From Myxococcota bacterium (GTDB lineage Bacteria > Myxococcota_A > UBA9160 > JAFDDA01): a stretch of DNA of 64,000 nucleotides. A model generated the notes under the pieces. That model did no database searches. It was not told the DNA's origin and saw only the letters and a program-made list of their open reading frames with translations. Where the stretch lies: contig OZ245817.1 in assembly GCA_965228475.1 (NCBI GenBank), positions 2,400,001 to 2,464,000 of the forward strand, written 5' to 3'. Positions 1 through 8,603 of this stretch are shown here, one piece after another (the first letter of the stretch is position 1; each line of letters opens with the position of its first letter). Made by a program: the position numbers and the translations under genes.

Positions 1-199
1 CCTTCTCGCGGTCCTCGAGGCCTTCGACGTTGGCGTGGTAGTGCGAGAGCAGCGGTGTGTCGAAGTAGACGTTGTTCACGAAGCGCGGCGGGTGGAGCGT
101 CCGGAAGCCCGCGGGATGCTGGGCCACCATGCGCCGGACCTGACCGAAGGAGAGATCCTGGACGTGGGCCTTGCGCTCGAAGCGCAGGTCGTCGCTCAC
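1..199 (-). CDS. VTC (polyphosphate polymerase/CYTH-like) domain protein, 5' part; runs off window
   Basis: Not in the ORF track. Manual translation from GTG at 199 gives MSDDLRFERKAHV...PRFVNNVYFDTPLLSHYHANVEGLEDREK, with the RxExK and NxYFDT motifs of the VTC family. GTGA overlap with the stop of the upstream CotH gene. Confidence 0.8.
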   Translation of the reverse strand, partial: MSDDLRFERKAHVQDLSFGQVRRMVAQHPAGFRTLHPPRFVNNVYFDTPLLSHYHANVEGLEDREK

Positions 200-2808
200 G
201 GCGCGGCCGCCGCGGGGGGCGCCGGGTCGGCGTAGATCTCGTCGGCGACGTCCCGGGCCTTGCCGTCCAGCACGCGGCCATCGAGCTCGACGCGTGAGCC
301 GGTCTCGATGCGATGGGCCTCGGCCACGTTCACGCTGCGCAGCCCCGCGATCCGCAGCAGCGCCGGTCCGAACTCGGGTTTCTTCTGGAAGACGGCGAGG
401 CCGACCCGGCTCTCTTCGATCGCGAGGCGTTCGAGCGCGGCGAAGGAGTTGTCCTTCACGGCCACGCCGAACGCCGCGCCCCGCACCGAGAGCTCCCGGC
501 CCCGGACCTGGCTCGCCTCGCCGAAGGAGAAGGCCTTGTCGCCGGCGCCGTCGACGCGGACGTTGCGCAACTCGACGTGGCTCCCGGAGAGGTCGACGCC
601 ATCGTTCCCCGCGGCGACGAAGAGCGTGTCCACGAGGGAGCCCTCGGCGAAGTCGGCATCGAGGGCGTCGAAGAGGCTGCCCTGGAGGCGGGACCGCTCG
701 AGGGAGAACTTCGAACGCACGACGTTCAGCAGGTCGTCGCCGCTGTGGTTCGCGGCGAAGAGGCAATCGCTGAAGGCCACGTCGGACTCGTAGAAGGTGA
801 CGGCGCCCGTGAGCGACCAGCCCCGCTGGTCCGGGGCCCCGAGCCCGCGAAAGACGACGAAGGCGAGCCGGGACGCTTCCCCTGCCTCGAGCACGGCGAC
901 GCCCTGCCCCGTCCCGTCGCTCGAGGTGATGACGATTGGCTCCGCCTCGGTCCCGACCCAGTCGAGGGGCGAGCGTGAGAGCAGCATCGCCCCCTGCTGC
1001 AGATCGAGCGTGAAGCCCGGCGGCGCGTGGACGCGGTAGCCCGCGGGCAGGATCACGTTGCGCTCCGCGACCCACCGGCCGGGGAGCAGGTCGATCTCGC
1101 GGGCCTTCTCGCGCACCCGGACGAAGGGGATCGAAGCGAGATCGGCGCGGGCCCGCGGCGGGTCGCGCTGAAGGATCTCCGCCTGGAGATGGTTCCAGGG
1201 CGACACCGCGGCGGTCTCGATCTCGGGGAGCCCGGCGATCCGGTAGCGGATGCGCCAGCCCGGCGCCGCGGCGGAGGCATCGTCTGCGTTCTCGGAGTCG
1301 TCCGGGACCAGGACGACGCGGCCGTAGCGGGCGGGTGCCTCGGCGCGCTTGCCCGGGACGAAACCGCCTTCGGTCACGCGCCAGACCGTTCCGTCCGGCC
1401 CGCGCGCCCCGAGCAGCCGAAGCGGCCAGTGCTGGAGGCTCGCGACCTCGAGCACGGCACGGTCGCCCCCAGCCTCGGCCACGTAGGCCCGGACGGGGTG
1501 CAGCGGATCGAGCACCGTCCGGATCTGTTTCTGGAGCCCGACCAGCGCCCCCGGCCCGAAGCCGTAGTCCGGGAACTCGCGCCGGAGCGTCGCGAGCGCG
1601 CTCGCGAGATCCTCCTCGTGGCGTTCGAAGAAATCCGCGAGCCAGTCCGGGTCCGAGAGCCGCGCGAGCTCGGCCACGTAGTGCTCCATGAAGGCCGGAT
1701 CCGCGAAGAAGCGACGGGTGAAGGCTTCCATGTACGGACGCGGGCCGTCCCCCATCCACCAGCCCGGAACGGTGAGGGTCGGGCGGTGATGGATCTCGGC
1801 GACGATCGGCTGGAGCCGCCCGGCCACCGGGTCGTAGTAGAACTTGGTGTCCTTCCAGTCGAACTCGTAGGCCCCGAACACGGCCTTCAGCGCCATGGCG
1901 CGGGCCATCTTCTCGAGGTCGAACGCGTCGGCCGGCGCGGCGTCGCCGTTGCGAAAGGCCTCGAGCAGGCCCGCGGCCTTGCGATAGCGCTCCGCCTCGG
2001 GCGTGCCCGGGGTGAGTGCGCTCGCCTGGATGCCGTCCACCGGCGCCGCGTGGAAGGCGCCGTCGACGTTGTAGGGCACGACCTGCTCGCGGTTGCGCCG
2101 CCGGTACTCCGCCAGGAGGAGGTCCTTGTCGAAGCCGACGATCGGGCCTTCGCGGAAGCGGTTCGATTCGATCAAGCGCTTGCCGAAGTGTTCGGCCAGC
2201 GCGTAGATCCCGAGCTCTTCGCCGTTCACCACGACCTCGACGAAGCGGAAGCGCAGCGCCACGAGGCCCTCGTCGGCGACGGCGCGCAGGAAGAGCCACT
2301 CGTAGATGAAGTCGCGATTCATCGGGTGCTGGATCGAGAAGCGCTTCATCCCGAGCAGCGCGTGGTCGCCCTTCAGCTTCACCTGGAAGGACCACTTGCG
2401 GTCGTCGCGCCAGTGGCCCGAGTAGACGCCCTTCAAGCGCATGCGCACGGGGACGTTCTCTCCCCGCCAGCGGATGCTCGCCGGGACGTAGCTCTCGCCA
2501 TCGGGCAGGTGGATCCCGTCTCGGAGGGCCGTCTCGCGCTGATAGCGGATGCGCTGCCAGTCCATGTGGGCGACGTCGAAGACGAGCCGCTCGGGCGCCG
2601 TGGTCGCGCGCGCCCGCTGCTGCTCGACGAAGTTCGCCACCCGCGCCGGCGCTTCCTTCGCGGCGACCATCACGCGGTTCGCGCCGAGGAGCATCAGCAC
2701 CGCCAGGGCGAACCCCGCGGCCAGGAGCGCCAGCGCGCTCCCCAGGGTCAGCTCGAGCTGGCGGCCGCCCCGCGCGAGGCTGCGCCGTGACGGGCCCTTG
2801 ATCTGCAT
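196..2808 (-). CDS. CotH kinase family protein with N-terminal membrane anchor and C-terminal right-handed beta-helix
   Basis: Motifs RLKG...KWSFQVKL, FSIQHP, VNGEELGIYALAEHF and FYYDP..LQPI. C-terminal DALDADF/DGVDLSGS/DKAFSFGE beta-helix repeats. Confidence 0.8.
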   Translation of the reverse strand: MQIKGPSRRSLARGGRQLELTLGSALALLAAGFALAVLMLLGANRVMVAAKEAPARVANFVEQQRARATTAPERLVFDVAHMDWQRIRYQRETALRDGIHLPDGESYVPASIRWRGENVPVRMRLKGVYSGHWRDDRKWSFQVKLKGDHALLGMKRFSIQHPMNRDFIYEWLFLRAVADEGLVALRFRFVEVVVNGEELGIYALAEHFGKRLIESNRFREGPIVGFDKDLLLAEYRRRNREQVVPYNVDGAFHAAPVDGIQASALTPGTPEAERYRKAAGLLEAFRNGDAAPADAFDLEKMARAMALKAVFGAYEFDWKDTKFYYDPVAGRLQPIVAEIHHRPTLTVPGWWMGDGPRPYMEAFTRRFFADPAFMEHYVAELARLSDPDWLADFFERHEEDLASALATLRREFPDYGFGPGALVGLQKQIRTVLDPLHPVRAYVAEAGGDRAVLEVASLQHWPLRLLGARGPDGTVWRVTEGGFVPGKRAEAPARYGRVVLVPDDSENADDASAAAPGWRIRYRIAGLPEIETAAVSPWNHLQAEILQRDPPRARADLASIPFVRVREKAREIDLLPGRWVAERNVILPAGYRVHAPPGFTLDLQQGAMLLSRSPLDWVGTEAEPIVITSSDGTGQGVAVLEAGEASRLAFVVFRGLGAPDQRGWSLTGAVTFYESDVAFSDCLFAANHSGDDLLNVVRSKFSLERSRLQGSLFDALDADFAEGSLVDTLFVAAGNDGVDLSGSHVELRNVRVDGAGDKAFSFGEASQVRGRELSVRGAAFGVAVKDNSFAALERLAIEESRVGLAVFQKKPEFGPALLRIAGLRSVNVAEAHRIETGSRVELDGRVLDGKARDVADEIYADPAPPAAAAP

Positions 2809-2837
2809 CGGCTAGCGGATCCCCGGGAGCGGCACGG

Positions 2838-3518
2838 TCAGACGATCGCGCCGTCGAGGAGGCTCAGGCGGAGCGATCCGTGGCTCTCGGCCAGGCTTCG
2901 CCGCGCGGCTTCGAGGGCCTCGAAGTTCGAGAACTCGACCTGGAAGGTCGCCTCGAGGGCGCCGTCCCCTTCGTCGAGCCGCTTCAGGTCGAGCGTCTGG
3001 CAGTGGCGCCCGAGGATCTCCGAGAGTTCCGAGAGCGAGATCCCGGCGTCGCGGTCTCCCGAGACCGTGAGCAGCGTGCAGGCCTGCCCTTCGCGCGCGC
3101 GGGTCATGCCGCGGAAGACGACCGCCGCCGAGAGGATGGTGAAACCGACGAGGGTCACCTCGCGCTGCCCCGCGCCGAAGCCGAGGCCGACGGCGATGCA
3201 GATGAAGAGGAAGGCGAGCTCTTCGGGATCCTTGATCGCCGTGCGGAAGCGCACGATCGAGAGCGCGCCGACGAGCCCGAGCGAGAGCGCGAGCGAAGAC
3301 TTCACGACCGTGATGATCACCATGGTCGTGAGCGCCAGGAGCGGGAAGTTCCCCGCGAAGCGCTGGCGGTTCGAGTGAGCCTGGGCGAAGCGGCAGTAGA
3401 GCTGCTTCAGGATGAGGGCGAGCACGAACGTCAGGCCCAGGTTGACGACGAAGTCCACGAGCGGCACGCGGGCGGCCTCCGTGGCCAGGAATTCTTCGAA
3501 GCTCGGTTGCGAGTCCAT
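2838..3518 (-). CDS. DUF4956 domain membrane protein
   Basis: Signature VKSSLALSLGLVGALSIVRFRTAIKDPEEL, several TM helices and an ACT-like C-terminus. Start moved to ATG 3518 (AAGGA upstream). Confidence 0.85.
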   Translation of the reverse strand: MDSQPSFEEFLATEAARVPLVDFVVNLGLTFVLALILKQLYCRFAQAHSNRQRFAGNFPLLALTTMVIITVVKSSLALSLGLVGALSIVRFRTAIKDPEELAFLFICIAVGLGFGAGQREVTLVGFTILSAAVVFRGMTRAREGQACTLLTVSGDRDAGISLSELSEILGRHCQTLDLKRLDEGDGALEATFQVEFSNFEALEAARRSLAESHGSLRLSLLDGAIV

Positions 3519-3637
3519 CGCCGAAGGCGTCCTTTCGGCCGGGCGCAGCGGGGGCCCGACTGGGGGAATTCCCCTGGAGAATCGGCCGGGAAGCGCGCGC
3601 GCTTGAGCGATCGGCACCTTCGTCCGACACACCGGTC

Positions 3638-4570
3638 ATGGACCGCGTCCGAATCCGATCGCGAACCAGAGCCACCGTGCGAGCGCTCCTCCTCCTCGCC
3701 TCGCTGCAGCTCACCGGGGGCTGTGGGGGAGAAGACCCTCTCCCGCCGGTCGTTCGCGAGACCGTCTTCGTCGGCGAGGCCGGCTCGGCGCGGGGCACGC
3801 GCTTCGCGCTGATGGGCCACCTCTACCCGATCGCGAAGGATCCCGGCCGCCTGCGCGAGTTCCTCGGCGCCGTGAACGCGACGCGCCCGGACCTGATCTT
3901 CGTGCTCGGCGATTCGCTGCTGCACGATCCGGCCATCGTGGCGGTGTTCGAGGAGGTCCTCGAGGCGCCCTGGCACGTCACGCCGGGGAACCACGAACTC
4001 AAGCCCGAGCGGCGCGAGGCCTACCTCGCGCGCTTCCCGGATCTCGCCACGCGCGTCTTGGCGCCCGACTGCAACTTCCTGCTCGTGGCCTCGTCGATGT
4101 CCCTCGACCAGTTCCGCGGGAGCCTCGCAGGCGTGCTCGAAGGCCTCGAGACCGACCGCCCGACCGTGCTCCTGACCCACCACCGGATCTGGGACGACAC
4201 GCTGCTCAGCGCCGGCCCCTACCAGCACGACAAGTCCTACTGGTTCGACGAGATCCATCCGGTGCTCGCGGGACGGGTCCAGGCGATCTTCGCGGGGAAC
4301 TCGAAGCGCCAGTACTTCCGCGACCTCTCGACCAGCCCGAACTACGGGCCCCAGAACGTGAACAACGTCTTCTGGGCCGACCGGGTCGGCGGGCTCGACG
4401 CCTACAGCATCGGCATGGGCGACGGAGTGCCGAAGGCGACCTTCGCCGTGGCCGAGGTGGTCGGCGGCCGGCTCCTCGTCGAGCCCCACGCCCACGTCTG
4501 GGGCGGCCGGGACCCCGTCGACCGCAAGCTCCTGCAGCCCATCCGCCGCAGCCGGGCACCGCGGCGCTAG
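3638..4570 (+). CDS. Calcineurin-like metallophosphoesterase, probable lipoprotein
   Basis: Lipobox LTGGC; LGD, PGNHE and THH motifs. The first and last metal motifs diverge (MGH, AGNSK). Confidence 0.7.
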   Translation: MDRVRIRSRTRATVRALLLLASLQLTGGCGGEDPLPPVVRETVFVGEAGSARGTRFALMGHLYPIAKDPGRLREFLGAVNATRPDLIFVLGDSLLHDPAIVAVFEEVLEAPWHVTPGNHELKPERREAYLARFPDLATRVLAPDCNFLLVASSMSLDQFRGSLAGVLEGLETDRPTVLLTHHRIWDDTLLSAGPYQHDKSYWFDEIHPVLAGRVQAIFAGNSKRQYFRDLSTSPNYGPQNVNNVFWADRVGGLDAYSIGMGDGVPKATFAVAEVVGGRLLVEPHAHVWGGRDPVDRKLLQPIRRSRAPRR

Positions 4571-4604
4571 CGCGGACGCAGCGCATCCCGCGGGCGCCTT
4601 GGCG

Positions 4605-4610
4605 TAGAAT
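4605..4610 (+). promoter_or_regulatory. -10 element (TAGAAT) of a probable leaderless transcript
   Basis: TAGAAT followed by 6 nt and ATG 4617; no SD. Confidence 0.55.
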
Positions 4611-4616
4611 GGCGCC

Positions 4617-5855
4617 ATGCCGAGCCCCGAGCCCGACACCCGCCCCGAGCCCTACGTCGTCATCACCGCCGACACCCACGCCGGCGCGGCCATCGATACC
4701 TACCGCGAGTACCTCGAGCCCGGTGAGCGCGCCGACTTCGATGCCTGGCGCGGCCAGTACAAGAACCCGGCCAAGAAGCACGTCGGCGGGAAGAAGACCA
4801 AGAACTGGGACTCCGCCGAGCGCCTTGCGGACCTCGAGGGCGACGGGGTCGTGGGTGAGGTGATCTTCCCGAACACCGTGCCGCCCTTCTACGACCGCGC
4901 CTTCCACATCGCCCCGCCGCCGACGCCGGAGCAGTACCCGCGCTACCTCGCCGGCACCCGCGCCCACAACCGTTGGCTGGCCGAGTTCTGCGCCGAAGCC
5001 CCGGAGCGGCGCGCTGGGATCGGGCTGATCCACCCGAACGACGTCGACGATGCCGTCGCGGACGTCGAGTGGATCGCGCGCAACGGCCTGCGCGGCGGCG
5101 TGCTGCTGCCCCTGCCCTCCCCGAGCGACGTCCACCTCGCACCGCTGAACGATCCGAAGTACGACCGCCTCTGGGCCGCCATCCAGGACCACGAGCTCGT
5201 GATGAACCAGCACTCGGGCCAGGGGACGCCCGAATACGGCGCAGGCCAGGGTGCCAAGGCGCTCTGGGCGAGCGAGATGTCCTTCTTCGTGCAGCGCGGC
5301 TACACGCACCTCATCATGGGCGGCGTCTTCGAACGCTTTCCGAAGCTCCGCTTCATCCTGACCGAGAGCGGCTGCGCCTGGGCGCCGAAGCTCATGGCCC
5401 AGCTCGACGGCATGTGGATGGCCTGGAAGGCCGGCGCCATCGGCGAGATCGACACCAGCAAGGACCCGGCGCTGCCGAACCCGCCGAGCTTCTACGCCAG
5501 GCGCAACTGCTGGTACGGGGCGAGCTTCCCGAGCCCGCGCGACGTCGCCGGCCGCGAGACCGTCGGCATCGACAAGATCCTCTGGGGCAACGACTACCCC
5601 CACTACGAGGGCTGCTTCCCGTACTCGCGCGAGAACATGCGCTTCGCCTTCGCGGACCTCGAGGAGGCGGACGTGCGCAAACTCCTCGGCGAGAACGCGG
5701 CGGCGCTCTACGGCTTCGACCTCCAAGCGCTCCGCCCCCTGGCCGCCAAGGCCGACATCACCCCGGCGCTCGTCGCGGAGCCCCTCGAGGAGATCCCCGC
5801 CGACTCGACCTGCATCACCTTCCAGCGGGCGCGATTCGAGCGGGCCCGGGCTTGA
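4617..5855 (+). CDS. Amidohydrolase family protein (Amidohydro_2)
   Basis: ITADTH, AHNRWLAEFC, GVFERFPKLRFILTESG and WGNDYPH motifs. Confidence 0.9.
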   Translation: MPSPEPDTRPEPYVVITADTHAGAAIDTYREYLEPGERADFDAWRGQYKNPAKKHVGGKKTKNWDSAERLADLEGDGVVGEVIFPNTVPPFYDRAFHIAPPPTPEQYPRYLAGTRAHNRWLAEFCAEAPERRAGIGLIHPNDVDDAVADVEWIARNGLRGGVLLPLPSPSDVHLAPLNDPKYDRLWAAIQDHELVMNQHSGQGTPEYGAGQGAKALWASEMSFFVQRGYTHLIMGGVFERFPKLRFILTESGCAWAPKLMAQLDGMWMAWKAGAIGEIDTSKDPALPNPPSFYARRNCWYGASFPSPRDVAGRETVGIDKILWGNDYPHYEGCFPYSRENMRFAFADLEEADVRKLLGENAAALYGFDLQALRPLAAKADITPALVAEPLEEIPADSTCITFQRARFERARA

Positions 5856-6652
5856 TCCAGCGGCTTCGAGCGATCGCCGTGCTGGGCACCCTGGTCCTGC
5901 TCTCGGCCTGCAGCCGGGCGCCGTACTACGAGCCCGTCTTCGACGAGCATCGCCTGGTGCGCGGCGAAGACCCGATCGACCTCGTGTTCGTGCTCGACAC
6001 TTCCCAATCGACGAATCTGGCGAGCGGCGCCGACATCGACCGCGACGGCCGGTTGGGCGTGAACCCCAAGCAGGGCGGGACGGCCAAGCGTCAGCCCGAG
6101 TACGTCTTCTCGACGGACATCGGCGACACCCTGCTCGACCTCGCCGCCGACTTCGTCCGCCATCTGCTCGAGGACGTCGACTGGACGCGGGACCGCGTGG
6201 GGATTGTCACCTTCGCGGGCGAGGTCGACCCCGCGACGGGCTACGCGAAGCCGGGGCGAAGCCACGCGCGGCTCGAGCTCACGCTGTCCGGGGACCCGAT
6301 CCAGGTCGAGGGAACGCTCCGCAAGATCGCGAAGCACGGCGGGGACGGAGCAACCGACTTCCAGGCCGGCCTCGAGCTCGCGCGGGCCGAACTCGAACGG
6401 GACCCGCGGCCGGCGACCCGCCGCATGGTGCTCCTCTCCGATGGCCTGCCGACCCTGCCCTTCGGCAAGGGCCTCGTCATGGACGAAGACGACCAGCGCG
6501 CGGCCATCTTCGCCGCACGCGACGTGGTGGCGGCCGGGATCGATCTCGAGGTCTACTGGCTGGCCCCCGCCGGCCGCCCGGCGCCGTCGCTCGCGGGCTT
6601 CCCGGCCTTCGAGGAGGCAAAGACGATCGGCTTCCGCCGGCTCGTCCCCTAG
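5852..6652 (+). CDS. VWA domain lipoprotein
   Basis: TTG start overlapping the upstream TGA; lipobox LSAC; MIDAS DTSQS, GATDF, LLSDG. Confidence 0.75.
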   Translation: MIQRLRAIAVLGTLVLLSACSRAPYYEPVFDEHRLVRGEDPIDLVFVLDTSQSTNLASGADIDRDGRLGVNPKQGGTAKRQPEYVFSTDIGDTLLDLAADFVRHLLEDVDWTRDRVGIVTFAGEVDPATGYAKPGRSHARLELTLSGDPIQVEGTLRKIAKHGGDGATDFQAGLELARAELERDPRPATRRMVLLSDGLPTLPFGKGLVMDEDDQRAAIFAARDVVAAGIDLEVYWLAPAGRPAPSLAGFPAFEEAKTIGFRRLVP

Positions 6653-6944
6653 TCCGCGTCCGGCTCGGCCGGGTCGTCGGTCTCCGGGCCGTCCTCGGGC
6701 TTCGCGCGCCCCTCGAACGCCTCGATCGAGATGTAGTAGACGCCGGCGCTGTCGACGGCGACGTCCGCTGGCCGCTCCCCGTTGCCCGCGCTCAGGGAAG
6801 CTCCACCACGTCGGCGTTGCAGCCGGGCCGGCTCGGGTCCTCGGCCGTGAGAATCGACGTCCGGTCGGTGCAAGGCCGGTCCGGACAGCCGAGCAGGCCG
6901 AGGGCGACGGAGGCGCATGCGAGAAGCATCAAGAAGCGGTCCAT
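6649..6944 (-). pseudogene. Small lipoprotein split by a frameshift (6944-6792, then a -1 frame to 6649)
   Basis: Strong SD GAGAGGGAG, ATG 6944, lipobox LLGC, stop after 50 aa. The overlapping -1 frame continues with host-like G/C third positions to TAG 6649. Confidence 0.45.
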
Positions 6945-7018
6945 GGACTCCCTCTCTCGAGCCCCATGGTGCGATCCGGCGGCGTGAAGATCAACGCCCG
7001 AGCCCCTACCCTCGCCCC

Positions 7019-7159
7019 ATGCGCAAGCAGCAGAAGAACAAGCGGCGCTCCTGCAAGCTCTGCAAGCCCCACAAGCGGGGCTGGGCGAACCGCTGGAAGC
7101 CGAAGGAGCGACAGGCCCGCCGTCTGGCGATCGCCGAGATCCGCCGACTCGGCGGCTGA
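7019..7159 (+). CDS. Small basic CxxC protein (46 aa), hypothetical
   Basis: MRKQQKNKRRSCKLCKPHKRGWANRWKPKE... with host-like codons; TACCCT ends 6 nt before the ATG (leaderless pattern). Confidence 0.6.
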   Translation: MRKQQKNKRRSCKLCKPHKRGWANRWKPKERQARRLAIAEIRRLGG

Positions 7160-7317
7160 GCGCCTGCCCGATGCTCGCCCTGCGGCGCGAAACAGGCGCT
7201 TCGGTACACTTCGTCGCGACGGCCCGGTCTCCTTTCGCTCCGACATCGCGAACGGTCGTCCCGGACGCCCGACTCGGCGAGTGACCGCGTGGGCGAGCAA
7301 CCCGATAGGAGACCGAC

Positions 7318-7914
7318 ATGAAGCACTACTTCAATCCCATGAGCCGAGCTGCGTCCACGGCTTGGATGTTCGAGGAGCTCGACGTCGAGCGTGAGGACAT
7401 CCTCGTCGATCTGCAGGGCGATGAGCGCGAACGGCTCGCTTACCGTGCCATCAATCCGATGGGGAAGGTCCCGGCGCTGGTCGACGGCGACGTCCTCGTC
7501 ACCGAGACCGCGGCGATCTGCGCCTACCTGGCCGATCGCTTTCCCGAACGCGGGCTGGCGCCGGAGCCGGGCTCGCGAGAGCGCGGGCCGTACTACCGCT
7601 ATCTCTTCGTTCCAGGGACGACGCTCGAACCGGTGTTCACGTTGGCCGCCAGCGGCTTCGAGCATCCGGCGCCAACGAGCGCGGGCTGGGGTGACGTGCC
7701 CCGAGCGCTCGCCACCATCGAGGCCATGACGCCGGATACAGGGTGGGCTCTCGCCGAGCGCTTCACCGCCGCCGACATCGTTTTTGGCGGAACCCTCGAC
7801 GCTCTCGCCATGCTCGCTGGGCTCCAGCCGTCGCCGCGGGTCGCCGCGTACCTGGAGCGCCTCAGGCGCCGCCCGGCCTACCAAAGGTCGCACGCTGGGT
7901 TCAGTGCCACCTGA
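7318..7914 (+). CDS. Glutathione S-transferase family protein
   Basis: INPMGKVPALVDG, ETAAICAYLAD and FTAADI motifs; SD AGGAG. Confidence 0.9.
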   Translation: MKHYFNPMSRAASTAWMFEELDVEREDILVDLQGDERERLAYRAINPMGKVPALVDGDVLVTETAAICAYLADRFPERGLAPEPGSRERGPYYRYLFVPGTTLEPVFTLAASGFEHPAPTSAGWGDVPRALATIEAMTPDTGWALAERFTAADIVFGGTLDALAMLAGLQPSPRVAAYLERLRRRPAYQRSHAGFSAT

Positions 7915-7921
7915 CTGAGTC

Positions 7922-7998
<77 letters not shown>

Positions 7999-8048
7999 AG
8001 CGGCGGAACGTTAGCGGCCTCGCCGCGCCGGGGCCCGGACGGGCCCGA

Positions 8049-8570
8049 CTAGTAGTGGAGCAGCGAGTGGATGCGGTCCGCTTCCAGTCGTTTGCGGCCT
8101 TCCAGGAAATCGAGCTCGACCAGGAAGGTGCAGGCGACGACCTCGCCGCCGGCCGAGCGCACCAGCTCGACGGTGGCGCCGGCCGTACCGCCCGTCGCGA
8201 TCAGGTCGTCGACGATGAGCACGCGCTCGCCCTCCGCGACGGCGTCCGTGTGCATCTCGACGGTGTCGCGTCCGTACTCGAGCTCGTAGCTGACCGAGCG
8301 GGTCTTCCAGGGGAGCTTCCCGGGCTTGCGCACGATCACGAGCCCGGCTCCCAGCGCCAGGGCCAACGGGCCGCCGAGGAAGAAGCCGCGGGATTCGATG
8401 CCGACGACCTTGTCGATCTTCTCGCCGGCGAAGGGCTCGGCCAGGCCGTCGATGGCGGTGCGGAAGGCGGCCGGGTCGGCGAGGAGCGGCGTGATGTCCT
8501 TGAAGAGGATCCCTTCCTTCGGGAAGTCCGGGACGTCACGGATGTAGTCGCGCAGATCGAGGTCGGGCAC
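8049..8570 (-). CDS. apt: Adenine phosphoribosyltransferase
   Basis: [18 protein letters not shown] and [14 protein letters not shown] motif. Confidence 0.95.
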   Translation of the reverse strand: MPDLDLRDYIRDVPDFPKEGILFKDITPLLADPAAFRTAIDGLAEPFAGEKIDKVVGIESRGFFLGGPLALALGAGLVIVRKPGKLPWKTRSVSYELEYGRDTVEMHTDAVAEGERVLIVDDLIATGGTAGATVELVRSAGGEVVACTFLVELDFLEGRKRLEADRIHSLLHY

Positions 8571-8603
8571 GGAAGCTCCAGCGGTGTGGCGGGTCGGGTC
8601 GGA

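Noticed and set aside
6967..6988. TGGTGCGATCCGGCGGCGTGAA resembling the tRNA-Arg 3' end (possible att scar)
   Set aside because: The alignment needs three gaps, there is no integrase, and such a match is expected by chance at this GC content.
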